DNA from: Rhodothermales bacterium
GTDB taxonomy: Bacteria; Bacteroidota; Rhodothermia; Rhodothermales; Bin80
NCBI GenBank assembly: GCA_965220365.1
Contig: OZ244823.1
Coordinates: forward strand, 81,650 to 145,649
Direction: 5' to 3'
Length of the DNA stretch: 64,000 bases
Shown here: positions 33,843 through 43,457 of the stretch, piece by piece
Numbering within the stretch: position 1 is the first letter of the stretch
Layout: the number at the start of each line of letters is the position of its first letter
The notes under the pieces: generated by a model
The model's input: only the letters and a program-made list of their open reading frames with translations
Database searches by the model: none
Told to the model about the DNA's origin: nothing
Position numbers and translations under genes: made by a program

Positions 33843-35215
33843 TCTGGAATTGCCAGTTGAGTAGGTGCTCGGACGACTTCAGCCAGATGGTCCTCCACCA
33901 TTTCCTGTATTTCAAGGATCACCTCCGGCTCCTGTTCAGCGAGATTGAACCGCTCCCCTGGATCCCGGTCCAAATGATAGAGAAGCGGCAATTCATGCAC
34001 AACCGGCTGATCTCCCACATATGCACTTTGCGTGATGTAATGCATCTTCCAGGGCCCTTTACGTGCAGCCCATAGCTGTGTCCCACGATAATAATAGACC
34101 GCTTCCCGAACCTGAGCAGTGGGATCTCGAAGGACCGGCATCAGGTCTACTCCATCATAGATGCGATCATCCGGGAGCGATGCACCGGCGAGCTCTAGCA
34201 TGGTCGGCATTAGATCCATGGTGACTCCCAGTGCCTGGGTCGTGTGACCAGCAGGAATCGTTCCTGGCCACCAGGCGATCATCGGCACACGCATTCCCCC
34301 TTCCCAGGTGGTTCCCTTCCCATTACGTAGAAGTCCGGCCGTGCCACCTGCAAACCCTACCGTAAGCCATGGCCCGTTATCACTTGTAAAAACGACAAGG
34401 GTCTTACGATCCAGACCGGTCTCCCGCAAAACATCCAGTATTTGTCCGACACTCCAGTCGATTTCTTCAATCACATCTCCGTAAAGCCCGCGTGTACTCG
34501 TTCCCTCAAATTCATCCGATGCAAAGAGCGGAATATGAGGCATGGTGTGCGGCAGGTACAGGAAAAATGGGTTGTCCATGTTTTTCCGGATAAAAGAAAT
34601 AGACTCTTCTGTATACCGGCGCGTCAAAAGGCGCTGATCCGGTTCCGTCTCAATCACTTCCGTACCCCGCATAAGGGGCAGCGGAGGGTACGTCTGGGCA
34701 CGCCCCCAATCACTGGCTGTAGGGGTCATGTCATTTGAGTAAGGAATCCCAAAATACTCGTCGAACCCATGCTCCGTCGGGAAATGACCCGGTACATGCC
34801 CCAGATGCCATTTCCCGATTGCTGCACTTACATAACCTGCCGATTGCAATGCTTCCGGGATTGTAATCTCTGATGCAGGCATCCCTCCCTTGCTTGGAGG
34901 GAAGAGAACCCGGATCCGATCATCTGTCAGCCCATTTCGGACAGGTAATCGCCCGGTCAAAAGTGCAGCTCGGCTCGGCGTACATACGGATGCTCCCGTA
35001 TAAAACTGAGAAAAACGAAGTCCCTCTGCGGCCATACGATCCAGATAGGGAGTCCGAATGGTCGGATGCCCGTATACCCCCAAGTCTCCGTATCCCATAT
35101 CATCTGCAAAGATGATAATAAAATTGGGCCGCTCCTGCTCGTCCATCTGAAAATTCGAACTGCAGGCGCACAGTGAGACTAAAAAGATGGTAATCCGTAT
35201 ATGGGAGATGGGCAT
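33830..35215 (-). CDS. Arylsulfatase (Cys-type), probable lipoprotein
   Basis: FIIIFADDMGYGD...SVCTPSRAALLTGR. The Met at 35215 gives the signal MPISHIRITIFLVSLCAC. It overlaps the FGE gene start by 13 nt. Confidence 0.9.
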   Translation of the reverse strand: MPISHIRITIFLVSLCACSSNFQMDEQERPNFIIIFADDMGYGDLGVYGHPTIRTPYLDRMAAEGLRFSQFYTGASVCTPSRAALLTGRLPVRNGLTDDRIRVLFPPSKGGMPASEITIPEALQSAGYVSAAIGKWHLGHVPGHFPTEHGFDEYFGIPYSNDMTPTASDWGRAQTYPPLPLMRGTEVIETEPDQRLLTRRYTEESISFIRKNMDNPFFLYLPHTMPHIPLFASDEFEGTSTRGLYGDVIEEIDWSVGQILDVLRETGLDRKTLVVFTSDNGPWLTVGFAGGTAGLLRNGKGTTWEGGMRVPMIAWWPGTIPAGHTTQALGVTMDLMPTMLELAGASLPDDRIYDGVDLMPVLRDPTAQVREAVYYYRGTQLWAARKGPWKMHYITQSAYVGDQPVVHELPLLYHLDRDPGERFNLAEQEPEVILEIQEMVEDHLAEVVRAPTQLAIPEWND

Positions 35216-35281
35216 GACTTGACGCGTTTTCCAGTGCAGCATAAAAATACATCCATGCTCTAACATAAACCCCATTCGACG

Positions 35282-36139
35282 ATGAAGTTATCGGCTTCTG
35301 TTCTATTGTTCTTTCTGGCAGCAAACCTTTCGACTGCCTATGGGCAAGCTGATGGCTGGTATGTCGAACTGGGTGCAGGCCCTGCTTTCAGTGGGGACTT
35401 GGCACAGGAAGGATTTAACCTTGACTCGTTCTGTTATCCAGGTTTTATCTGCTGCCCCGACCTGGATGGATGCAATACCAACAATCCAAATCAACACTCT
35501 GGATATCGGTGGAACTATCAAATCCCGACGGACCCGGGCTTTGCCTTCCGTGCCGGTGCAGGACGGGAGCAGGGATCGCTGCGCATTGACCTGAATATTC
35601 AATATTCCGCCCGAAATCTGCAACAGATTTTCAGCCGGATTGCGCACCTGGACGAATCACCTGCCCCTCAGTTTGATCCAAATTCGGGGGTTCAGGTGAC
35701 GTCCATCGCAACCATTGGCAAATTACGGGTCGCCTCTTTTCGCATCAATACCTTCCTGGATCTGCTCCCTCGGGATCGCATGTTCCGCCCTTATCTGGGC
35801 ATGGGAACCGGAGTCGCGCGTGCAGTCGTGACCGATTTGTATTACGAGGAGCGCTATTCATGCACGAACCAGCCATGCAGCGGGGATCTTTCAGGTTACG
35901 ATTCACTGCAGGATGAGGATCTGGCGGATATTGTGCTTTTGGCTTCCGGGCATGCTGGGTTCGAGTATATCCTCACTGAAAAAATTCTAGCAGGGGTTCG
36001 TTTCAGCTACACCCTGCTACAGGATTTTAACAGCCAAGGGGAGTACACTACGCACAAAGTAGAAAATCTAACGAATACAACGACCTTCAGTAAACTAAAC
36101 CTGTTTGCGATGACTGCGACTGTTCGCTATCGCTTGTGA
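35282..36139 (+). CDS. Outer-membrane beta-barrel protein (hypothetical)
   Basis: Signal peptide MKLSASVLLFFLAANLSTAYGQ. Alternating aromatic/hydrophobic strands run to the C-terminus (TVRYRL). Confidence 0.6.
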   Translation: MKLSASVLLFFLAANLSTAYGQADGWYVELGAGPAFSGDLAQEGFNLDSFCYPGFICCPDLDGCNTNNPNQHSGYRWNYQIPTDPGFAFRAGAGREQGSLRIDLNIQYSARNLQQIFSRIAHLDESPAPQFDPNSGVQVTSIATIGKLRVASFRINTFLDLLPRDRMFRPYLGMGTGVARAVVTDLYYEERYSCTNQPCSGDLSGYDSLQDEDLADIVLLASGHAGFEYILTEKILAGVRFSYTLLQDFNSQGEYTTHKVENLTNTTTFSKLNLFAMTATVRYRL

Positions 36140-36155
36140 TCTATGGTGGCGAGCA

Positions 36156-37946
36156 TTATTGGAGAGAATCTTCTCCAGGGTTTACGTACAGGTCTTTTTC
36201 ATAGCTGTGCTGCTGGTCATACAGCTCCCGATAGCGGCCACCCATGCGATAGAGTGTAGTGTGGCTGCCCCGTTCGACGATCCTGCCTGCTTCGAGAACC
36301 AGAATCTGATCTGCGCTCCGGATGGTGGAGAGCCGGTGGGCAATGACGAATGTGGTCCGTCCCTCTCGAAGATTCTTGAATCCTTCCTGAATCAATGCCT
36401 CGCTTTCCGTATCAAGGTTGGAGGTCGCTTCGTCCAGAACAAGGATTTTGGAGTTTGCCAGAATTGCGCGTGCGATGGAGATCCTTTGCCTCTGTCCGCC
36501 GCTGAGCTTTATCCCCCGCTCACCAACTACGGTGTCATAGGAGTCCGGGAAGCTCTGAATAAATTCATATGCATTCGCGATTCGGCTTGCATATTCGATT
36601 TCGTCGCGTGAAGCGGTCGGCTTGGCATAGCTGATGTTGTCTGCAATCGTGCCATCAAACAGGAAATTTTCCTGCATCACCACCCCCAGATATCTGCGGT
36701 AATCACTCAGCTTTAGGGTGGACAAGTCCTGACCATCAATCAGAACCCGCCCCTGTTGGGGTTGATTGAATCCCATAACCATACTGATCAACGTACTCTT
36801 TCCTGAACCACTTGGCCCAATCAATGCTGTCGTGGTTCCTTTCGCAGCGTGAAGAGAAACTCCCTTGATAACGGGGACAGTCTCGTCATAGCGAAAGTGT
36901 ACATCTTCCAGGGTTACCTCTCCCTGCACCTGTTTCAATGTGCTTCTGTGATCCTCATCTTCATCTTCCCGAATCTCTGTCATTAGATCTCTGATGCGAT
37001 CAAGCCCCGCGAATGCCTCCGAAATCTGTGTGCCAACCATTGCCATCTGTATGATGGGAGCGACCATCACCCCAACCACAAAAAGGTACATGACAAAATC
37101 CCCCAAAGTCAGAGCGTTCTCTGCAATCGCTCTGCCCCCCAGGATAATCATCAAAGCACCGATGATTCCAATAATGACCGTTCCCAGCGCGACCGTTGCA
37201 GATGTACCCCGGATCGTTTTGGAGATCAGCCTGAATAATTGGATGACTCCCCCATTAAATTTACCCTGTTCCCGGCCTTCAGCCCCATATGCCTTGACCA
37301 ACCAGATTCCACCAAGCGTTTCCCCAAGTGCCCCCGTGATCTCTGACCGGATTTTTTGGCGCTTCCTGAAAATGGGTCGTAACACTCTGAATGCGTAGGC
37401 CATGAAGCCGCCGAATGTGGCTAGAATTACACAAATGATCAGGGTTACCTGCCAATAGAGTACAAACAGAATGATCAGTGCCAAGATTGCGGTCAACACC
37501 CCTCCAACCAGCATTACGATCCCTGTTCCCATCAGATTGCGGACCCCCTCGGGATCACTCATCACACGTGATATCAACTCACCGCTTTTGTGCCTCTCAA
37601 AAAAACGGGCGGGTAAATGAATCACATGATCATGGATCCGCTGACGCATTTCCATGATGGCTTTTTGGGCAGCAATACCGATCACATTTGATAATAAATA
37701 CGATGTTCCTGCCTGGACAATAGTCGCACCAACGGCTACCAAGGCGAGTGGCATCAACAGTTCCATTTGATCGTTGCCAATGACTTCATCAATCAGCCAC
37801 TTGCTAGTTCCGGGCAGCACAAAGCTGCTCACACGATTGATGACCATGAGAACAAAACCGACCGCCAGAGTTTTCCGATACCTCCACATCAGTTGTCGTG
37901 CCTGATTCCAGGCCGACCAGGTAATTTTACGGCTCTTTTCAGTCAC
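36156..37946 (-). CDS. ABC exporter, fused permease/ATPase (MsbA-like)
   Basis: 596 aa with a six-TM N-terminal half. Motifs: Walker [10 protein letters not shown], signature LSGGQRQR, Walker B ILVLDEATS. Confidence 0.9.
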   Translation of the reverse strand: MTEKSRKITWSAWNQARQLMWRYRKTLAVGFVLMVINRVSSFVLPGTSKWLIDEVIGNDQMELLMPLALVAVGATIVQAGTSYLLSNVIGIAAQKAIMEMRQRIHDHVIHLPARFFERHKSGELISRVMSDPEGVRNLMGTGIVMLVGGVLTAILALIILFVLYWQVTLIICVILATFGGFMAYAFRVLRPIFRKRQKIRSEITGALGETLGGIWLVKAYGAEGREQGKFNGGVIQLFRLISKTIRGTSATVALGTVIIGIIGALMIILGGRAIAENALTLGDFVMYLFVVGVMVAPIIQMAMVGTQISEAFAGLDRIRDLMTEIREDEDEDHRSTLKQVQGEVTLEDVHFRYDETVPVIKGVSLHAAKGTTTALIGPSGSGKSTLISMVMGFNQPQQGRVLIDGQDLSTLKLSDYRRYLGVVMQENFLFDGTIADNISYAKPTASRDEIEYASRIANAYEFIQSFPDSYDTVVGERGIKLSGGQRQRISIARAILANSKILVLDEATSNLDTESEALIQEGFKNLREGRTTFVIAHRLSTIRSADQILVLEAGRIVERGSHTTLYRMGGRYRELYDQQHSYEKDLYVNPGEDSLQ

Positions 37947-38064
37947 AACTATCTCGTCTGAGTAATGGTCTTATCCCTATTATCGTGTTGATTGATCCGC
38001 CCTTTCTACTCTTCAATGCCCGTGGAAGAGGACTAGTACCGTTTTCCGGCATGAACGTTGTATC

Positions 38065-39186
38065 TCAATAGCCCAAGGCCCCCCGAACCAGCATCCCCAT
38101 CGCAAACCCGGTGTAATTACCCATTGCATACCCAAGAAGTCCCACAGCTACTCCAGGCAATACCCGATCTGCTGCTCCCCGGGCCGTGGCAAGTGCCATT
38201 GCGGAGGCGGGTCCACCCACGTTTGCCTGTGACGCAATCGCAAGTGTGGTCGCATCCAACCGAAATAATGCTCCAAGCCCAAATACACAAACTCCGTGTA
38301 GAACGACCGTCCCAACTGCAAAATATAACACCCCAGGGCCGATCACGATAATGTTCTTCACGACAGACTGTGCTCCATTCGTGGCAAGAAACAACAGCAA
38401 CAAGTAATATCCCCAGAGGCCTGCACCTGAGAGTTGGCGGATATAAGGCAGCTGCCCAACTGCAAGTGCGATTGTGGTGAGCCACAAGACCTCAGGAATG
38501 CCGGGCACAAGAGCTCCCAAATGCTTTGCAAGCCATACCGCGCCAAGTGCAATGATCACCAGCAGTGCTGCATCCTGTAATCGAACCGGTGTGCTCTTAT
38601 AGAGTGATCCAATCAGTCCATCCTGCTCCCTTGACTGCTGCACCGACTGCCTGCGACCGAAGAATAACGGAGCTACCAGACAAGCCGCCATCCACAAAGC
38701 TGTGATCAGTACATCCGCTGCAATGGCGGCGGAAAACATCTCGCTGCTGGTGTCAAACGCACGCCCCAGTGCTGCAAAATTCACTCCTCCTCCGTTGTAC
38801 GTACCCATGAATTGCCCTGCCAATTTCCAAGTCTCCGGTCCAATGAGAGGAGCTAGAACGAGTGCAGAAATGAATGCACCCGCAGCCGTGCCAATGGCAC
38901 CCAACCCAAATGCAAGCAGCATGGGCCCGCCGGCACTGCGAATCGTGCTGATATTTACACTCAGTAAAATGAGCACAATCCCCAGACTGATGCCTGGATC
39001 AATAAGCACGTCGTAGGCCTTGTTCTGTGCTGGAATCAGCCCCACATTGGACAGTACCATTGCCAGCAGGATCCCGACCAGCGCGGCACTCAGTGCTTTG
39101 AAAAGCGCAAAGCGGGTTTCCAGAAATACCGCAACCCACACGACAATTGCCAAAATCAAAAAGACCGAGAGGGGATGCGTAATCAT
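38065..39186 (-). CDS. DUF819-family polytopic membrane protein
   Basis: 373 aa, highly hydrophobic. The N-terminus (FLETRFALFKALSAALVGILLAMVLSNVGLIP) resembles DUF819. Confidence 0.5.
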   Translation of the reverse strand: MITHPLSVFLILAIVVWVAVFLETRFALFKALSAALVGILLAMVLSNVGLIPAQNKAYDVLIDPGISLGIVLILLSVNISTIRSAGGPMLLAFGLGAIGTAAGAFISALVLAPLIGPETWKLAGQFMGTYNGGGVNFAALGRAFDTSSEMFSAAIAADVLITALWMAACLVAPLFFGRRQSVQQSREQDGLIGSLYKSTPVRLQDAALLVIIALGAVWLAKHLGALVPGIPEVLWLTTIALAVGQLPYIRQLSGAGLWGYYLLLLFLATNGAQSVVKNIIVIGPGVLYFAVGTVVLHGVCVFGLGALFRLDATTLAIASQANVGGPASAMALATARGAADRVLPGVAVGLLGYAMGNYTGFAMGMLVRGALGY

Positions 39187-39498
39187 GCGGAGCTATGTTT
39201 ATGCCTTTTGAAAGAGCAATACTTCATTTGCCATCGAGCACCATATGGATCGTTCGGATTTCACAACTAGGCCCAACAATTTAATGATCCAGCGCCACTC
39301 TCTCACCAAGTCATGAAGATCATCCTGTCAACTCCACCAGCCGATCACCGGGGAGCCTGTGCAGAGTAACCTCCCCTGTAGATACCAGATATCCTCATTG
39401 ATCTCTTTTGCCCCCAATCGAAACGAATTATTCCAGATTGCATTTGAACGGATCTGAACCACTAGGTCTTTTCCCCTCTAATCGAGAGACACGGTTTT

Positions 39499-41208
39499 AT
39501 GTCACCACTGCTCCGACCGTACATCCTTCTCCTATCCTGTGTTCTCGTGCACTGTGCCTGGAGCCAGCCTCAGGTAGCCTTTGAGGAAGCATTTTCTAAC
39601 CTTACTTTTCGTCGGCCAGTAGATTTGCAGCACTTTGGAGAGGATCTCTTCGTAGTGGAACAACCTGGTATCATCTGGACCTTCGAAAATCGGCAGGATG
39701 TCACGGATCGGCATCAGTTTTTGAACATCCAGAACCGTGTGCGCTCTGGCGGGAACGAGGAGGGGCTCCTGGGATTGGCATTCCACCCGGACTTTGACAC
39801 GAATGGGCACTTTTTTGTCTACTATTCCGCTTCAAACCCAAGGCGCAGTATCGTTTCCAGATTTAAGACCCTTGTGGATAATCCGAGGCGGGGGGATCCA
39901 GACAGTGAAGTGGTCATTCTGGAAGCGAGCCAACCGGCTAGTAATCATAATGGAGGACAGCTTGCGTTCGGACCAGATGGATATCTGTACATCGCTCTGG
40001 GGGATGGTGGGGGTGCAAACGACCAGTTTGGGCATGGTCAGAACACGAAATCGCTCTTGGGAACGATCTCCAGGATTGATGTAAGTACCATCCCCTATTC
40101 CATCCCGTCAGATAACCCCTTTGCCGGTTCAACAACTGACCGGCCGGAAATCTTTGCCTGGGGGCTTCGCAACCCCTGGAGATTTAGCTTTGACCCCAAT
40201 ACCGGGGTGATCTACGCTGCGGATGTCGGGCAAAACACGATAGAAGAGGTAAACATCATTGAAAGCGGAGGGAACTATGGATGGCCAATTATGGAGGGAA
40301 CCCGATGCTTTCGGCCACGCACCAACTGCAATCAGGACGGGTTGATCCTGCCTATTTTTGAATACGATCATTCCAACGGCCCCGCATCTGTGACAGGGGG
40401 ATATGTTTATCGAGGTCCCGGTGTCCCGGACCTTACAGGCTGGTATGTCTTGGGAGACTATGTGGACGGTCGTTTCTGGGGACTGCTCTATGATGGAGAT
40501 CAACTCGTCGAATCCACCCTGCTGCTTAATACATTTTTGCAGCCATTTTCCTTCGGCATAGATCACCAGGGGGAAGTGTACATGCTTGCCAGTGACGGCC
40601 ACATCTACAGATTCTCGGCAACGGGAGGTTCACTGGGATTTGAGTCATTTATCGAGCCCCTGCAATTTACCAGAAACAACCCAATCCCGACAATAACCCT
40701 TCCCGCGGCCCGAGGTGGATCCGGTACATTTCGCTACTCCCTCAGTCCTGATCTCCCGTCAGGACTGATCTTTGACCCTTCCACACGCACTCTGCAAGGA
40801 ACTCCCCTCGAAATTTTAGACACTACCACCTACACACTTCATGCTGAAGCCATCGGTGGTCTACAGGGATCTATTACGTTTGAGCTCTCTATCCATGAGC
40901 CGCTGGATCGAACCGAGATGTCCGAACCTCTACCTGCATTTTTTCTGCATGGCCATTATCCCAACCCTTCATCCGGCGATGTGAGTGTTGTTTTTGATCT
41001 CCCTGAACAGGCAATCGTCACGGTCGAATTGCATGACCTGACTGGACGCCGGGTTGTGTCAGTTCCTCCACAGACAATGCCTGTAGCTGCGCAGCAATCC
41101 ATCCTGATCCCAGTCAATACCCTCCCAAGGGGGGCTTACATTTATCGCCTTATTGTGGATGGGGAAAACGATGTGTTCTCTGCTTCTGGGATGCTCCTTC
41201 TTCAATAG
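39499..41208 (+). CDS. PQQ-dependent sugar (glucose/sorbosone) dehydrogenase-family beta-propeller, fused to an Ig-like domain and a T9SS-type C-terminal sorting domain
   Basis: NHNGGQLAFGPDGYLYIALGDGGG and GLRNPWRFSFD. An He_PIG-like segment (GGSGTFRYSLSPDLPSGLIFDPSTRTLQGTP) follows. The tail is YPNPSSGDVSVVFDL...GAYIYRLIVDG...LLLQ. Confidence 0.85.
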   Translation: MSPLLRPYILLLSCVLVHCAWSQPQVAFEEAFSNLTFRRPVDLQHFGEDLFVVEQPGIIWTFENRQDVTDRHQFLNIQNRVRSGGNEEGLLGLAFHPDFDTNGHFFVYYSASNPRRSIVSRFKTLVDNPRRGDPDSEVVILEASQPASNHNGGQLAFGPDGYLYIALGDGGGANDQFGHGQNTKSLLGTISRIDVSTIPYSIPSDNPFAGSTTDRPEIFAWGLRNPWRFSFDPNTGVIYAADVGQNTIEEVNIIESGGNYGWPIMEGTRCFRPRTNCNQDGLILPIFEYDHSNGPASVTGGYVYRGPGVPDLTGWYVLGDYVDGRFWGLLYDGDQLVESTLLLNTFLQPFSFGIDHQGEVYMLASDGHIYRFSATGGSLGFESFIEPLQFTRNNPIPTITLPAARGGSGTFRYSLSPDLPSGLIFDPSTRTLQGTPLEILDTTTYTLHAEAIGGLQGSITFELSIHEPLDRTEMSEPLPAFFLHGHYPNPSSGDVSVVFDLPEQAIVTVELHDLTGRRVVSVPPQTMPVAAQQSILIPVNTLPRGAYIYRLIVDGENDVFSASGMLLLQ

Positions 41209-41211
41209 TTA

Positions 41212-41843
41212 ATGCCAGCCAGAAAAAATAACTTGGAATGGCTTCACCCGGGATATCCACCATTTGAGACCCCGAGAAGATCTACATCTGATGCCGGGCA
41301 AGAGTCTTTTGCTATGGAGGCTTGCTTTTATTCTCTGATGCATGAAATACCCGTACACCTTGATTTCTATCAGGCACGAGTAATTGACAGTCTCAAGAAA
41401 ATCATCCATGAACGGTTGTCTGTAAAAGAATTGCCAGCAGATGGTCCTCCCAGTCTTGTGGACCGAACGTTCTTGGCGATATATTCCCCGCCAATGTTCC
41501 AGAGCGACTACCGTCCGTGACTAATTTAGCAGAAGACATTAGATGGATTAACCAAAACGCTCCTATGACTTTTATTGATGATGTTCGACGCTTGCTTCCG
41601 CACACTGAAACCGAAATGACAGCTCTGCAGATAATCATGGAACACGAAGAGGTGCATGGTCACCAAGTCACTGATGTGCACAAACAGAATCTTAGCTACG
41701 GGAACTATATACTTCACCTTACTACTGTACAACGTGTGGAAAAGAACACATCCCCGGTTTGGAGAACCCCGCCGAGGCAAAACTGCTTCAAAACGATTCA
41801 ATGCCACCTAAACAGCCCATTCTCAAATGCCAGTTCAAACTAA
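41212..41843 (+). pseudogene. Possible DinB-family gene split by a frame change at about 41517 (very tentative)
   Basis: Two abutting ORFs (41212-41520 and 41517-41843) carry His-containing helices (LMHEIPVH; IIMEHEEVHGHQV) reminiscent of the DinB His triad. Confidence 0.25.
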
Positions 41844-42180
41844 ATACACTCGCGGGTGGGATTGGAAAGTCCGCCGCTTGATAGATGTCAATGAAGAAGT
41901 TCGTGAGTTACTCGGTGAAGAGGTTCTCGGGCTGGTAGGTGGGCGAGTGAGGAAGATGGGGGAAGAGAAAATCTACACCGCGGAGAATGCAGATGATGCG
42001 GTCAGGAAGTGCATTCTCGACTGCCTGCGCGCACGAGACGGCGGGGGAGATCTAGACGTGGCGGTGATGGTTGTGGGGCAGAAACTGAAAGCACTGGCCG
42101 AGTTTGAGGTGCGGATGCCGAATGGTAAACACGAAGGATTCTATCAGGCTTCCATTATGATAGGAGAGGGGCGTGACTAA
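41827..42180 (+). CDS. Hypothetical protein
   Basis: 117-aa ORF with no recognisable motif, lying in the degraded islet. Confidence 0.3.
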   Translation: MPVQTKYTRGWDWKVRRLIDVNEEVRELLGEEVLGLVGGRVRKMGEEKIYTAENADDAVRKCILDCLRARDGGGDLDVAVMVVGQKLKALAEFEVRMPNGKHEGFYQASIMIGEGRD

Positions 42181-42243
42181 GTTGGCTTTACCAATCCGCA
42201 TTGTGTAGCATAGGAGTGGGGACCTACCTACGACCCTCTCCAC

Positions 42244-42904
42244 TTGCCTGAATTCCCGCATTGATTTCCTGGTATGAATATCAGGGTCGTTTATGAAACT
42301 CTACGCGCAGGGTTTTATTCTGCAGCCACGGGATTTTCTGTCGCAGTTCAGGGTATCCGGCCGCAATGAGGTAATTGTCTTTGGCGCGTGCGCGCATTTG
42401 GACGATAATTTCATTTTGGGTGATGGTTACCTTTCCGGCGTGTCGTGTCAGATCCCGAAAGAGGGTCCGGGCCTCGGCTTTTTCATAGCCGTTTCCGACT
42501 CTGGCCCCCAGGAGTCGATAGAGCATGCTGGCCATAACGGTCAACTGCACATCAACATTGATGCGCATGGGCACGGCAGAGCTCAGGGCATCCATGTGAA
42601 AGAAGTCAATGGCATCGCTGATGAGATTTTCGATGACCATGCGGCGGGCATAGCGATCAATGAGTTGGTTGGGGGGGCGTTTCATCTGATTGGTGATGAG
42701 CACGGTAGGCTTGTCGTGGCCCAGGTTTTTGACAAGCAGCTGTCGCAGCGGCTCGGGATAGGCACGCAGTTTGACGGTTTCGTCGACCACGCTTGGGGTG
42801 CGGTAGGCCCGGCCAATGTTGGAGAGGCGGATTTGGGTCCATGCGGACTTGTCCAGGGTATGGATGCGCTGGACTAGCCTGAATTCCCGGGGGAGTTCAG
42901 GCTA
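42244..42904 (-). mobile_element. Internally deleted IS remnant (IS4-superfamily-like), about 660 bp
   Basis: A terminal motif tNgcctgaattccc occurs at 42244-42257 and 42875-42888. Its inverse, gggagttcaggcta, is at 42891-42904. The last two are abutted, forming a 30-bp near-perfect palindrome. Confidence 0.55.
42281..42874 (-). pseudogene. C-terminal roughly 195 aa of a DDE transposase (IS4-like Y-x2-R-x3-E signature)
   Basis: RIHTLDKSAWT...PTVLITN...LIDRYARRMVIENLISD. The N-terminal catalytic half is absent. The frame is open only from the palindrome. Confidence 0.7.
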
Positions 42905-43177
42905 GGGAAATTCACTCACGCCGATGCTGGACAAATGCACCTCTATCTCAACTATGCGCTGAAAAATTGGGTTCAGGAGGGAGAAAATCCACCAGTGGGG
43001 CTGATTCTATGTGCACAGAAGGACGAAGCGGTTGCACAGTACGCACTTGAAGGGTTACCGAATAAAGTAATGGCTGCTGAATACCGTACGGCTTTACCGG
43101 ACGAGGAACTCCTCGCGTCTGAAATTGACCGCGCCCGGAAAGCAATAGATACGTTTGATTTGCTGTCGAGGGGATAA
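42905..43177 (+). pseudogene. C-terminal fragment of a DUF1016/YhcG-type PD-(D/E)xK nuclease gene
   Basis: GKFTHADAGQMHLYLNYALKNWVQEGENPPVGLILCAQKDEAVAQYALEGLPNKVMAAEYRTALPDEE matches the DUF1016 C-terminal pattern. It starts immediately after the IS terminus. Confidence 0.7.
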
Positions 43178-43231
43178 ATGGCTTCCTAATGATGCTCGTG
43201 AAGATTTGAAGGAGAGTTCTGGAGGGATTTC

Positions 43232-43420
43232 ATGGTTCTGAGAGAATGTAAGCGAATTGCCGAGCTATATCTCCCGATTGCTGATGTTTCAAAGCGCGCT
43301 GCAAAAGAGAAGTCAACCCGACATGGCCATCCTTCCACACTACATCTGTGATGGGATCGGCGCCCGATAGCATCGTGCCGAACTGTGCTGATGGGATTGC
43401 CGCTTCCAGATCCCTATGAT
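43232..43420 (+). pseudogene. N-terminal fragment of a DUF1156-type putative DNA methylase, with an internal nonsense codon
   Basis: [42 protein letters not shown] is compared with the family pattern EKSIRHGHxSTLHLWWARRPLAAxRAVL. The TGA at 43349-43351 replaces the first Trp. Homology ends before the lipase gene. Confidence 0.65.
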
Positions 43421-43457
43421 CTTAATTATCCCGGTGCACTCAACCTATTGATCCTGA

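Noticed and set aside
42293-42877. 194-aa plus-strand ORF
   Set aside because: It is antisense to the transposase fragment, which carries the recognisable YxxRxxxE signature on the minus strand.
42875-42904. The 30-bp palindrome as a rho-independent terminator
   Set aside because: No T-tract follows it, it sits exactly at the transposase-fragment/DUF1016 junction, and one arm is repeated at the far end of the IS remnant. IS termini explain it better.
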